Shown here piece by piece: positions 27,891 to 42,288 of a stretch of DNA of 64,000 nucleotides (the stretch's first letter is position 1; each line of letters starts with the position of its first letter). The stretch lies in assembly GCA_951406725.2 (NCBI GenBank), contig OX597834.1, positions 39,184,001 through 39,248,000 on the forward strand, read 5' to 3'. The translations under genes and the position numbers were made by a program. The notes under the pieces were generated by a model. That model was not told where the DNA came from, searched no databases, and saw only the letters and a list, made by a program, of their open reading frames with translations. Source of the DNA: Octopus vulgaris. Taxonomy: Eukaryota.

Positions 27891-28967
27891 ATGTATCAGT
27901 GTGTGTGTGTATAAGTGTATGTGTGTGTGTGCAAATGGATGCGCGCGCGTATCTATGCATGTGCGTGCAACGCGCACGCGTGTGTGTGTGTGTGATACAG
28001 TTCAGAAGTAAGCCTAGCTCGGGTCAACAAACACAGAAACCACCTTTGTCCCTTACAACATTGTCAAAATCTGTTCTTCTTTCCACATCTGTTACCACAA
28101 AACTGTGTGTAAACGCCACAGCGAAACCGTTGTGTGTGAACGCGCGTTTCCACGTGTGTTTGCATGTGTATGAATGTGCGTGCGCATGTGTCTTGGTGTG
28201 TGTGTGTGCGTGTGTATGTTTGTGTGTATGTGTGTGTGTGTGTATGAAGATACGTCCTTGAATGCGCCTGCGTCGCTGACCGCGTGTATACGTGTGACAA
28301 TGTGTGTGCGCGCATGCATATAAACGGGTGTATGGCGGTGCGCGTGCGTGTGCGTGTATGTGTGCGTGCATCAATTACTCTGCTTGTGTGTGTGTGTGTG
28401 TGTGCATGTATGTGTGCGTGTGCGTGTCTGCATGTGTGTGTATCCCTGCAATATGTAGGTAAGCATATGATACGCATGCACGCATGATTTGCGTGTGTAT
28501 CGTTGTAATCGTGTGTGCACGCTTGCATATGTGTGCGCACGTGTATGCGATCCTGTGGGAGTGTATATATATGCGTAGATGTCTGTGAGTGCGTTGATTG
28601 TGCATATGTTTACGTGTGTATGTGTGTGCGTGCGCATGTGTGCGTGTGATTTTGCAAGCGTCAGTATGTGTATGTAACTGAAGCACACACATATGTGTGC
28701 ATGTGTGTGTGTGTCTCAGCGTATATGTGTGTAGATGTGATTGTATGTGTGCGTGTATGCATATGCGTATGCGGCTATATATGTGTGTGTATGTGTGTGT
28801 GCGTGTTTAACAAGTATCGGCAACCAAATAAAAGAATAAAAAAAGATAAATGTCAGCGTGGGAGGAGGAGGTGGGGGAGGAGAGAGGAGGAGTGAGGGAT
28901 GAGAAAGATGGAAACATGTTGGTTGCGGGTAGAGAGAGGATAGATGGTGATAGAGGGGGAGAGAGCT

Positions 28968-29003
<36 letters not shown>

Positions 29004-29376
29004 AGAGAGTGAGGGGGAAAGAGAGAGAAATTGTGTCAGGCAGATATATATATATGTAGAGAGACAAAGGGAGAGAGAGAGAGAGAGAGAGAAAGAGAGA
29101 CAGAAAAATAGAGAGAGAGAGAATAAGATAAAGATTGATAAAAAGACAGAAAGACAGCGATACAGAGAGAGAATGACAGGACAGAGAGAGAAAGAGAGAG
29201 AAAGTGAGAGAGAGAGAGAGAGAGAAAGTGAGAGAGAGAGAGAGAAAGAGAAAGTGTGAGTGAGAGAGAGAGAAATACAGATAAACTATTAAAGAAATTA
29301 TTTGAAAGAGAAAGAGAGAGAGAGAGGTAACTTATACAAAGTTTTCTAAGACATAGACGTACACATATTGATAGAG

Positions 29377-29425
<49 letters not shown>

Positions 29426-29946
29426 AGATCACAACGTTGAAGAAATCCAAACCTCAAAGACAGTAAACAGAAAACAAGACCGAAGATAAAAAAATGTCGT
29501 CAGATAGACCAGAAGGAATGGTGCTATTGTTATCGTTGTTGCTGTAATTATTGTTGTAATTGGTGGTGGTGGTGGTCGTCGTCGTAACGGTAATGCTCCT
29601 GCAGTAGTGTTTATTACTATTGTTGTTGCTGTTGTATTTTTTCTTAATTTTAAGTAGAAGGCGAAAAGCCGTCTGTTTTGTCGTCAAGCTCCGTGACAAA
29701 TGTCTTTACAATACATCAAAAGAATTGACCAGCGGATTTAGTCACGTGTAGTGTGCAGATTACGTCTGCTTTCAACCAAACTTACTACTTATTATCTAAC
29801 CACAAACCACTGTTAGATTGTCACCGTGTGTTGTGTTTGTGTGTGTATTTGTGTGTATGTGTGTTTGTGTTTGAGAGGGAGAGTGTGTGTGTGTATATAT
29901 ATTGTATATATATGTGTATATGTGTATATATATATATATATGTATG

Positions 29947-29977
<31 letters not shown>

Positions 29978-29978
29978 A

Positions 29979-30033
<55 letters not shown>

Positions 30034-30483
30034 ATATATATATATATATATATATTTAAACATATATACATACATATATACATATATACTTTTCAAAAAA
30101 TATATGCATGTATGGTTATAAAAAATATATATATGTATATATACATATTACATATATATATTCATAAAATATACGCACGCACATATATATTTATATATAT
30201 ATATATACTTACAAACATGTGTGTGTGTATGTATGTATGCACATTATGTATACGTGTTTGTTCGATATTTATTTTTCTTTCTACAAAGTATAGTTTTTTT
30301 ATTCAGACCCACGCGGCACCCATCGAAATAATGGTAGTTGCCATTCCATATAATAGTAAATAATATCTCGCCATATTCCTTCATTCACCGATGATGGTAT
30401 ATTCTTCAGACTCGATGGTTTGGAAGTGTTGTATATATATTTTTTTCCTTGTTCTAACCAAGCAAACCATAACACCCATTGCC

Positions 30484-30514
<31 letters not shown>

Positions 30515-31172
30515 CCAACAACAACCGCTATCCCCCCCCGCCATCCACCCTGCCCCCGTTTTTCCCAAAACCAGTTTATTGTTGGTATTTCTTAATCTTT
30601 GTATGTTTAATTGTCTTTTTAATGACCTAAACGTGTCTTTAATCACGTGTCTTTAATCAGTGACTTTTGACTAAAGTAAAAAAACCTGGCCAAATCTGTT
30701 TCCAGTTGAAATTTTACAACAGAAGTTTAATTTTCTCTCCAGTTTTTCTGCTTCATTTTTTACTTAAATATAATAAACATAATGTGTGTGTGTGTGTATG
30801 CGTGTGTCTGTACGTGTGTGTGTGTGTGCATATGTAGGTGTGTGTGTATGTGTGTGTATGTGTGTAGGTCTGTGTGTATGTTTGAGTAAATGTGTGCATC
30901 AGTGTGCATGTGTGTTTGTCTGACTACCAGTATATGTATGTGTACATGTTCGCATGTGTGTATGTATGTATGTATGTATGTATATATATATATGTATGTG
31001 TATATGTATATAAATACATATAACACATGTTTGATTATAGATACATGAATGCATGCGTACATGAGTGTGTGTATGTGTGTGTATATATATATATATATAT
31101 ATAATATAATATAATATATGTATATACATACATACATACATACATACATACATACATACATACATACATACA

Positions 31173-31208
<36 letters not shown>

Positions 31209-31462
31209 TGCATATATACATACGTATATGTACATAGTTACATCTACACGTATAAATATATGCATATGTGGGCACAGGACGGCACGAAACGTGTACAACA
31301 AAAAATACGAAGTACGGGTACATGGGATATGAACTATTTTTTCGAACAACGAAACACACAAATGAAAAACAAGACAAACAACACACACAAAAAAAACGAT
31401 CCTTCGTCAGTTGTTGGCTGTTTTTCTACTCCCGTATTTCGAACATTTATATACATACATAT

Positions 31463-31662
31463 ATAAATACAAATATTCAGAAAATATCGAAAACCTCAGA
31501 TTAACAAACACATCGGTTGGACCACATCTAAAGCGCATTTTTTTAATACAAAGCTTGACATAACAAGTCTAGCGTTGTATTAAAAAATACGCTATAGATA
31601 TGGTCCAATCGATGTGTTTGTTAATCTGAGATTGTCTCCATTTTCTGATTATTTGTATTTAT
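31463..31662. repeat. Long inverted repeat (~95-bp arms)
   Basis: ctcagattaacaaacacatcggttggacca... vs ...tggtccaatcgatgtgtttgttaatctgag. Confidence 0.9.
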
Positions 31663-31834
31663 TTCCTGATAATCGCTTGTTCATCATTTTCTTACCTGCA
31701 CTCTACGTGCATAGTGTGACTGCACACCAATTCCCGGTGATGACATGGGTAACGAAAACCAATGGTTCATACGGATATTTTATCCCTTAATCGGTTAATA
31801 TAACCGCTAACTCTGTTTACACTATACACACATA

Positions 31835-31948
<114 letters not shown>

Positions 31949-32609
31949 CATATATATATATAAATTAGTGTATGCATGAATAATAACCCTCTCCAGACCA
32001 CAGTGACCCCAGAAGAAATATTCCATTTGGAGATTGTCCGTTCCTGCTGCTACCGCTTAAACCTCACACCCTTTTCAACATGGTCGACTTCGCTTTCGAC
32101 AAAGTGAGGGCAGTGGCGGCAAAAGCTCATGCGGGTTCCAGGGCCGTCTGTCACCATTTACAGGATTTACTAAAACTGCTCGCTGCTACCAAGATTTTTA
32201 GCAAGACTTCTACGTTCGATTTGCAAGACTCTGAACATTTGCTGAGAATTGTTCTGTCTCAGAGGGGCTTGCCTAGTTTCGAGAGATCCCCTTCTTAGAT
32301 GCTGAGGGAAAGACCTTTACGCTATGATTGTTAAATCTTAGATATCAATTTGCCTCCCATACTTCTTGTATATGTCAATGTACGTTGCTATGCTGATGAC
32401 GTCTATTGGGGTAGAAACACATACCCCGACTGTTCTCTTATCTCAACACACTTTGCCAACTCTGGAGGCTTCTTGATTTTGGAGATTTCCCAATTCTCCT
32501 CTTCTCGTAGAAAACTAGTCCCAATTAACTTTTGATGAGTGTGACACAATATCACAGAGATGACTTTAAAGAATCTAGAATTTATATTGTATAATATTTG
32601 TATACCTGT

Positions 32610-33219
32610 AAGGCGGCGAGCTGGCAGAAACATTAGCACGCCGGGCGAAATGCTTAGTGGTATTTCGTCTGCCGTTACGTTCTGAGTTCAAATTCCGCCG
32701 AGGTCGACTTTGCCTTTCATCCTTTCGGGGTCGATAAATTAAGGACCAGTTACGCACTGGGGTCGATGTAATCGACTTAATCCGTTTGTCTGTCCTTGTT
32801 TGTCCCCTCTGTGTTTAGCCCCTTGTGGGCAATAAAGAAACAAGAAGCGTTAGTATGCCGGGCGAAATGCTTTGCGGTATTTCATCTGCCGCTACGTTCT
32901 GAGTTCAAATTCCGCTGAGGTCGACTTTGCCTTCCTCTTCCCTTCGGGGTCGATTAAATAAGTACCAGTTACGCACTGGGGTTGATATAATCGACTTAAT
33001 CCGTTTGTCTGTCCTTGTTTGTTCTCTCTGTGTTTAGCCCCTTGTGGGTAGTAAAGAAATAGGTATTTCGCTGTCTTTACGTTCTGAGTTCAAATTCCAC
33101 CGAGGTCGCCTTTCATCCTTTCGGTGTCTTTAGATGAAGTACCAGTTGCGTACTGGGGTCGATCTAATCGAGTGGCCGACTCCCCAAAACTTTCGGGCCT
33201 TGTGCTTATAGTAGGAAAG
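32610..33219 (+). mobile_element. SINE family A head-to-tail trimer
   Basis: Three units; TSD aatatttgtatacctgt/aatatttatatagctgt. Confidence 0.9.
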
Positions 33220-33928
33220 AATATTTATATAGCTGTTTATATACATGTCACGGATCATTTATTTCATATACACGCCACGGATCACTTATTTCTCTTAACT
33301 TATACTTGCTTCTTGGTTCATACGTACCACGCAGTAGGACTGAACGTGGAATCAGGTGGTTGGAAAGCTAGCTTCTTACCAAACAGCCACGCTTGTGCTG
33401 TTCTGACTTTCACATGTAGGTGCTAAGGCTCTTCAGGTAATGAAGATCTTGTGCATCTACAGGTGAAACTTAGAGCACCAAGAGACTGACGCAACCAAAA
33501 TAATAAATGCGTGCCCGCGTGTTTGTATGTGTGTGTGTGTGTGTGTGTGCGTACGTCTGTGTCTGCCTCTGCGTTTGTGTGTGTATTTGTTAATGCGCGC
33601 GCGCGTCTATGTGTGTGTGTATTCATGTACGTGATATTGTTGCAACAATGACGAAATATCAGCATCTATCAGCCCTGAATTCGATCGAAGGCCATTAGTC
33701 TCGTCAGCGTAATATGGGAGTCATCCTCAGACGCTAGTGGGCAGCAAACCGGTGAACAAACAAAACACATACTTTCAGTATGTGCGGTCGATAATATAAA
33801 TATAAATATATATATATACATAATCCATTCACCCATACATATACTTGTAGATATTTACATAGATACATACATGCATACATAAAAACATACATACATAAAT
33901 AAACACACACACATACACACACACGCAC

Positions 33929-33976
<48 letters not shown>

Positions 33977-34139
33977 ATCAATATGTATATGTATGGATGA
34001 ATGTATGTAAATATCTACAAGTATATGTATGGGTGAATGTATGTATGTATGCATGTATATAATATAATATAATAGTTCATATATACACATAGATATATAT
34101 GTATGTATACATACATACATATATTTATATATATATATG

Positions 34140-34191
<52 letters not shown>

Positions 34192-34196
34192 CATAC

Positions 34197-34245
<49 letters not shown>

Positions 34246-34444
34246 ATGCTAGTTCCTGTGGTACATACGCAATAGCCGCCACCTTCACCATCACGTCCAC
34301 CAGTAAAAAGACGACTCTCTCCACCCTCTACGTCTGTCTGTGTCACTGCCAATACAGTCAGCCACCCGGCCATCCGCTTGTCCACACGACTACCCGCCTT
34401 CCACTTCCTGCAATACAACGCCATCTGGTACTTAAGTTTAAGAC

Positions 34445-34750
34445 AATCGTGGAGGTGATGGAGGCGGCAGTGGAGAGGGATTGTGGTGATGTTGGTGGTG
34501 GTGGTGGTGGTGGTGGTGGTAGTGTTGGTGTTGGCCGTGGTAATGGGAGTGCGCTGGTGGTGGTGCAGGTTATGGTACTGCTGCTGGAGGTGATGGTGGT
34601 GCTGTTGGTAATGCTGGTGGCATCGGTGGTGGCGGTGGTGGTGATGTTGGTGGTGTTGATGTTGGTGGTGATGGTGGTGTTGGTGGTGATGGTGGTGGTG
34701 GTGATGGTGGTGGTGGTAGTGGTGGTGGTGATGGAGGTCGTGATGGGGGT
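34445..34750. repeat. Degenerate (GGT)n tract
   Basis: Direct observation. Confidence 0.9.
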
Positions 34751-35049
34751 GTTGACAGAGGTTGTAGAGCTACAATGGTGGTACACCATTGCAACAAGGT
34801 GCAAGGTAGATTAAACGTTCGGACAAATACATTTTGGAAAACGGGAAAACGTTGCCGCTACTGAGAATCGAACCCTGTACTCTTCAATTTCCAGCTGATG
34901 CCCTTTGTACACGGTTTTTACCGCCGTCTTCTTAACGGTATTTACATGATTTTCTAAGGTGTCTTCACAGCCATTCTTATGTTTGAGAACTTTTTATTTT
35001 CTGTAGAATACTCGGAGTTTAAAAGTTTGTTTAGAAAAGTGTTCTCATA

Positions 35050-35460
35050 TATATATAAAAATACTTATTCACCAACTGGAAAAGCTACCTGGATAACTGT
35101 TTCATTTTGTGGTCACATAACCTTGAGCCAGTCTTGAAATAAAAAAAAATTAACCACGGTATCCAGTTCAAAATGGAATACATCCACAAACAACTATTCT
35201 TCCCGGACACCTAAATCATAAAATGAGATACTGAAATTGAAACCGACATCTTCTTCAAACCAACGGACTCAAAACAATAGCTTCTAGTCTCTTCTTGCCA
35301 CCCAAAACATACTAAAATAAATATACTGTTCAACTTAACGAGAAGAATTTGCACGATTGCATCAAATACCGAAACACACAGCGCCCTATATATTATTAGG
35401 TAGAAACAAGTACATTCTAACAATCCACCAGCACAGTTTATGATTAATCAGAAACTCCGA
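35050..35460 (+). pseudogene. Penelope-like element reverse transcriptase remnant
   Basis: WKSYLDNCFILWS..IQFKMEY..ETDIFFKPTDSKQ*LLVSSCHPKHTKINILFNLTRRICTI = PLE RT catalytic and thumb motifs; multiple stops. Confidence 0.85.
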
Positions 35461-35510
35461 ACTCCCAGATAGGGATAATTATACACACACACACACTCAT
35501 ATACACACTC

Positions 35511-35678
35511 ATAGGCGCAGGAGTGACTGTGTGGTAAGTAGCTTGTTTACCAACCACATGGTTCCGGGTTCAGTCCCACTGCGTGGCACCTTGGGCAAGT
35601 GTCTTCTACTATAGCCTCGGGCCGACCAAAGCCTTGTGAGTGGATTTGGTAGACGGAAACTGAAAGAAGCCCGTCGTA

Positions 35679-35716
<38 letters not shown>

Positions 35717-35938
35717 TGTTTGTGTGTCTGTGTTTGTTCCCCTAGCATTGCTTGACAACCGACGCTGGTGTGTTTATGTCCCCGTTACTTAGCGGTTCGG
35801 CAAAAGAAACCGATAGAATAAGTACTGGGCTTACAAAAGAATAAGTCCCGGGGTCGAGTTGCTCGATTAAAGGCGGTGCTCCAGCATGGCCGCAGTCAAA
35901 TGACTGAAACAAGTAAAAGAGTAAAAAAGTAAAAGAGT
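35511..35938 (+). mobile_element. SINE family B, full length and young, with ~185-bp flanking direct repeat
   Basis: tRNA-like head, ccttgggcaagt core, gtaaaaga tail; flanks 35322-35504 and 35938-36144 are duplicated. Confidence 0.95.
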
Positions 35939-36093
35939 ATACCGTTCAACTTAGCGAGAAGAATTTGCGCGATTGCATCAAATACCGAAACACACAGCGC
36001 CCTCTATATTATTAGGTAGAAACACGTACATTCTAACAATCCACCAGCACAGCTTATGATTAATCAGAAACTCCGAACTCCCAAATAGGGATA

Positions 36094-36138
<45 letters not shown>

Positions 36139-36640
36139 ATATACCAACAAACCAACCACAGCCACACAACACAATTTATAAATATATACGCATGCCAACA
36201 GTCCAAATACGTGACATGTTCTTAACCCCATCTGTCCATCACTCATTTTGTCAAGGAAAGGACGCCGTTTCGAGCGACGAAAGTTTTGACGCCATTTTAG
36301 AAATAAATGTTTGAGCGAAGATAATGTTCTTTGTGTGTTTCTAGGTAGCTAACTTATGTCTTTCACGGAGGAACCGCTTTAGTTTGAACACAAGATCTCA
36401 GATCAAAACACTTGCTATGCACATATGATACATCTTTGAAAAACCCAATATTTTATTATGTACAAACACAGACATAACAACAGTCCAGCCAGCCGCGCAA
36501 CATGCAAGTAAGAACAGCTGTCCATCACACAACACATGCCTGTTTATAGCTTAAGATTACACCTCGAAGCTCTACTACTTGGGCAGACGACAAACAGCAG
36601 CAATAACAAAAATAACGACAATAATAACAAAGAAACGACC

Positions 36641-36903
36641 ATTAATATGACCGCACGACAATAATAGTAACCACAATTATTCAACATTGAATCTTGATAT
36701 TAAGTATTAAAAAACACACCCACTTGCAATTTTACATAAATACTAACATACATATATATATGTATATGCATACATACATACATACATACATACATACATA
36801 CATACATACATACATACGTACATACACACACACATATATATATATATACATATATATATATACATTCATACATACATATTATATGTGTGCGTGTATGTAT
36901 ATA

Positions 36904-36951
<48 letters not shown>

Positions 36952-37321
36952 TATGTGTGCATATGTGTGCATGTGTATTCATATAGATATGTATGTATTG
37001 TATATATGTATGTGTGTGTATCTATATTATATGTATATATATTTATATGTATATATGCATATATATGTACGTGTGTATTGTATGTATATGTATGTGTATG
37101 TGTATTTATATTGTGTGTATGTGTATATATATATATTTATATATATATATGTGTGTGTGTATGTACGTATGTATGTATGTATGTATGTATGTATATATGC
37201 ATATACATATATATATGTATGTAAGTATTTATGTAAAATTGCAAGTGCGTGTGTTTTTTAATACTTAATATCAAGATTCAATGTTGAATAATTGTGGTTA
37301 CTATTATTGTCGTGCGGTCAC

Positions 37322-37327
<6 letters not shown>
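36641..37327. repeat. Large inverted duplication (~210-bp arms, microsatellite spacer)
   Basis: tgaccgcacgacaataatagtaaccacaattattcaacattgaatcttg... is nearly perfectly reverse-complemented at 37200-37320. Confidence 0.95.
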
Positions 37328-37414
<87 letters not shown>

Positions 37415-37551
37415 TATAAAAATGTATATATATTTATATATTCAACATTTAGGAACATTATTGGCAACTAATAAAAGACCTTTGACCTTGGTAGATTTAT
37501 CCATGTATGTCTCTTTTCTAATGTTGACGACTTTGTCGTTAACTTTGTTGC

Positions 37552-37583
<32 letters not shown>

Positions 37584-38046
37584 ATGATGTTGTTATTGTT
37601 TCTGTCCAAAATGAGAGAATTCCTAAATTATTTTGTAAGCTTTATATCATTTTAACGCCACTAATTATATTTCTTAATCCACAGAGAGGAGATGAAGAAG
37701 AAGAAGAAGAAGAAGAAGAAGAAAAAGAAAAAGAAGAAAATAAAGAAGAAGAAGAAAAAGAAGAAGAAAAAGAAGAAGAAGATGATGATGGTGATGATGA
37801 TGACAGGCAGGCAGGCAGGCAGGCCATCAGACAAGCAAACAGACAGACAAGCAGACAAACAGACAGGCAAACAGATAAACACAAAAACCTCAAAGAAGAA
37901 CAAAAACCATGAAAATACTATTTAATTTTTTTTAATGTTTTAAGCAAGCTATGGGCTTGCCTCTTACTTCAAAATGACTCCCATTAAAAGTAAAAAAAAA
38001 AAAATTTAAATGCTACGACCCCCACCTTTCTCTCTCCCTCTTTCTT

Positions 38047-38095
<49 letters not shown>

Positions 38096-38265
38096 TACAC
38101 ATTATTAATTTTTATTTTATTTCATTTTTTTACTACCATTATCACACTATATTCAGCCGGTGAAAGTCTTTTGTCCGTCCCTTTGTCACAGTTATTCCTC
38201 ACAGCCAACATGCGATATGGTAACAAAAATTAAAATACTCCTCTTTCTTTTTCTCTTGCTTCTTT

Positions 38266-38297
<32 letters not shown>

Positions 38298-38491
38298 TCA
38301 TTTTTCAGAGATATTTTCTTTCTTTTTTTTGTTAATTGTTTTATTTATTTTTTTTCGTCTTTATTTCAATTTTTTTAATGTGGCGTTGTTTTGGTTTTAG
38401 AGTTCTACTTTAAAGAGGTTTTTTCTCTCTTCTTTATTAATTAAAAAAAATCCCACCGAACTATACTTTTAAAATAATAATAATAATAATG

Positions 38492-38563
<72 letters not shown>

Positions 38564-38884
38564 TCAACATAACAAATACGCAGGTTTTATGGCTCAGAGC
38601 CAATATCAAATATGAAAAAAACTATGGCAATGGATGAAGAATTTAATTTAGACTCGGTCTTTTGAAAATGGAAATAAATGAAAAATAATAATCAAATGAA
38701 TATAAAATAAAACAAAGAATAAATATATCATTAAAAATTGAAATAAATGGAAATAAAAATAACGAAGCGAAAATATATATAAAAAAAACAACGCACAAGA
38801 AATAAATAAATATAATTAAATAATATAAAATAAATATAATTAAATAACATAAAATATTACTAAAAAAATATATAATGTATGATA

Positions 38885-39027
38885 GCTAATGATGATGATG
38901 ACGATGATGACGGCAACGATGATGATGATGATGGTGATGATGTTGATGATGATGATGATGAAGATGATGATGATGACGATGATGACGACGACGATGGTGA
39001 CAATGATGTTGATGATGACGATGGTGA

Positions 39028-39058
<31 letters not shown>

Positions 39059-39061
39059 GAT

Positions 39062-39104
<43 letters not shown>

Positions 39105-39191
39105 CGATCATGATGGTGAGGATGCTGCTGTTGCAGCTGATGATGACCGTGATGATAAAATGATAATAATAATGATAACGATAATAAGAGC

Positions 39192-39259
<68 letters not shown>

Positions 39260-39270
39260 TAATAATAATA
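38885..39270. repeat. (GAT)n then (TAA)n tracts
   Basis: Direct observation. Confidence 0.95.
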
Positions 39271-39344
39271 AAAAACAGATATATATTTGTCTGAAATATA
39301 ATTTCAGTAAAAATAACTAAAAATAAATAATCAAAATATGTGTT

Positions 39345-39433
<89 letters not shown>

Positions 39434-39724
39434 TGTATGTATGTATGTATGTATTTATCAGTCCAAAAAATTAATAGTCATAATTGAAAAATATAAAAAA
39501 AAGAAATGGAGGCCATATTTTTCCAGTAATAATTACTAGAATGAGTGCAAAGTTTGGTTGGTAATGCCAACATCTGCCTGTTCAATTATCATTCGTTGGT
39601 TCGATCTACAGACGATGCTGATAGCTTTGTCTAGTGGAGACCTTTTCACCTTAAATTGATTAGAAACTGCCACAGATCTATTTGGGTTAGTTAACAATAA
39701 AGCCACAGTACTGCTAACAACTGG

Positions 39725-40765
39725 TATGTTTGTGTGTACATGTTTGTGTGTGTGTGTGTTGGTGTTGGTTTGTGTTGTGTGTGTGTGTGTTGGTGTTGGC
39801 TTGTGTTGTGTGTGTGTGTGTGTGTTGGGTTTATGTGTGCTTATGTCTGTGAACGTGTGTGCTGGTGGGTAGGTCTTAATGTGCAAGTGTACGTAGGCTG
39901 GTGTGTGCGACTGTGTTGGTATATATGTGCGCTGGTTTGTGATTGTGTTTATGTGTGTGTGTATGTATGTGTGTCTGTATGTATGTGTGTGTGTAGGAGG
40001 GTTGTATGTGTGTGGTGGTGGGGGTTGTATTTGTGCTGTGTGTGTTATGTATTGTTTGTGTGTGTGGGTTTGCCTGTGTTGTTATGTGTGAATGTATGTG
40101 TTGTATGTGGTTCTTAGTGTGTAAGGACATGTAGGCCTATATGTGCCTACGAGTGTATGTGTATGTGTGTGTGTGTGTGTGTGTGTGCGTGTGTGTTAGT
40201 ATATGTATGTGTTGCTTTGTGATGGTGTGTCCATGTGTGTTTGTGTTGTGTTTGCTTGTATGTGTAAAGGTGAGCATGAATGTGTGAGTGTGCGTATGTG
40301 TGTATATTGGTTTGTGTAGGTGTGTGTGTCCGTTCGTGGGTGTACGTGTGTGCGTTATTCTTGATGTGTGTTTGTGTATGTGGGGTTGTTAGTGTGTGTG
40401 GATGTGTTTGTTGGTGTGTGTTGGGGTGTATCTATCTATGTGGCTGTGAGTATGCGTGTGTGTGTATGTACACATTGATGTGAGTGCGTATTTATGTGTG
40501 TGGGTGGGTGTGCTGGTGCATGTGTGAATATGCTGGTGTGTGTGTGTATGTAGATATGTATATGCTGAAGGATATGCGTACGAGTGTGTGTGTGCGTGTG
40601 TGTGTGTGTATCGGTGTGTGTTTGGAATGTGTGCGTTTGTGTGCTTCTATATATATGTATGTTGGTGTGTATAGTTGTGTAAACTGGTGTGCGCGTACGC
40701 GGGTGTATTCATGTGTGTGTGTGTGTGTGTTTGTGTGTGTATGTGTGTGTGTGTGTGGGTGGGTG
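39725..40765. repeat. Degenerate (TG)n low-complexity region
   Basis: Direct observation. Confidence 0.9.
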
Positions 40766-41814
40766 TTTCTAATCAACCCAGAAAACACGCATTGACCAGT
40801 CATTGTCCTGGTGTTTTCAAATAAACAACTAGGACAACAATAACAACAACAGCAACGGCAAAAACAACGATGGTGGTTATTACAATGATGATGATGATGA
40901 TGATGATGATGGTGACGATGATTATGGCACCGACGTCATCATCGTCGTAATTACGGCAGTGGGAGTGACGGGGGTGACGTTGGTAGCGATTGCGGTAGTG
41001 ATGAGGAAGGTGACGACGACGATGGCGACCATGATGACGACGACGACGACGACGATGAGGATGATGATGATGATGTTGATGATGATGATGTTGATGATGA
41101 TGATGTTGATGATGATGATGATAATGATGATGATGATGATTTTGATGATGATGATGATGATGACGATGATGATGATGATGATGATGATGTTGATGATGAT
41201 TACGGCGACGATGATGACGATGATGATAATGATGATCATGATGATGATCATGATGACGACGAGGATGAGTCCACCAGCCAACAAACCAACCAACCTACGA
41301 ACCAGCCAACCAACCAACCATAAAACACCAGTCTATACTGATATTTAGAATTCGTTGAAGTGGAAAATTCGATTTTCGTCATGGACACTGGCTTTTTTTA
41401 TTTTTTTATATTTTTTTGTCTTTTTATTTGAGGAATTTTTTTTTTATTACTATCTTTGAAGTGGTGAAGCTTAGTAGACAGTAGTGTAAGGACAACAACC
41501 ACAAAAACAACAACAACCACAACAGCAGCAGCAGTAGCAGCAGTAGTAGCAGCAGTAGCGGTAACTATACTGGTAGAGACAGTAAGAACAAAAACAACAA
41601 ATGACAAAAGTAAATAACAACAGTAATGGCGAAAATTAACAACAACAAGAACAACAACATCAAAAATGACAATACTAATGATTGTAGAAATAGTCACAAT
41701 ACAAACCAACAACAACACCAACAACAACAGCAATGGTTATAATAAAAAAGCAACAACCACTACCACAACAACAGTAACAATAATAATAATAATAAATATT
41801 ATTATTATTATTAT

Positions 41815-42035
41815 TATTTCTACTCTAGGCCTTGAAAATTTTTTGAGGTGTGTGTGGAAAAGGGGCTAGCAGATTACATTGACCCTCAGCGCGTAACTGG
41901 TACTTATTTCATCGACCCCGAAATGGCGAAAGGCAAAGTCGACCTCGGCGGAATTTGAACTCAGAACGTAGCGGCAGACCAAATACCGCTAAGTATTTCG
42001 TCCGGCGTGTTAGCGAGTCTGCCAGTTCGCCGCCT
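41815..42035 (-). mobile_element. SINE family A
   Basis: Reverse complement of family A; head abuts (TAA)n. Confidence 0.9.
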
Positions 42036-42052
42036 TAATAATAATGATGATG

Positions 42053-42176
<124 letters not shown>

Positions 42177-42201
42177 TGATGATAATAATAATAATAATAA
42201 T

Positions 42202-42281
<80 letters not shown>

Positions 42282-42288
42282 TAATAAT

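Noticed and set aside
30307-30333. 27-nt phase-1 microexon candidate
   Set aside because: Strong acceptor but weak donor (gtagtt); insufficient evidence
32080-32405. RT-like VDFAFDKV and CYADDV motifs
   Set aside because: The intervening PQG motif is not visible; too degenerate to call
39562-39580. Resemblance of minus-strand aggcagatgttggcat to miR-31
   Set aside because: One seed base is missing and there is no matching precursor hairpin
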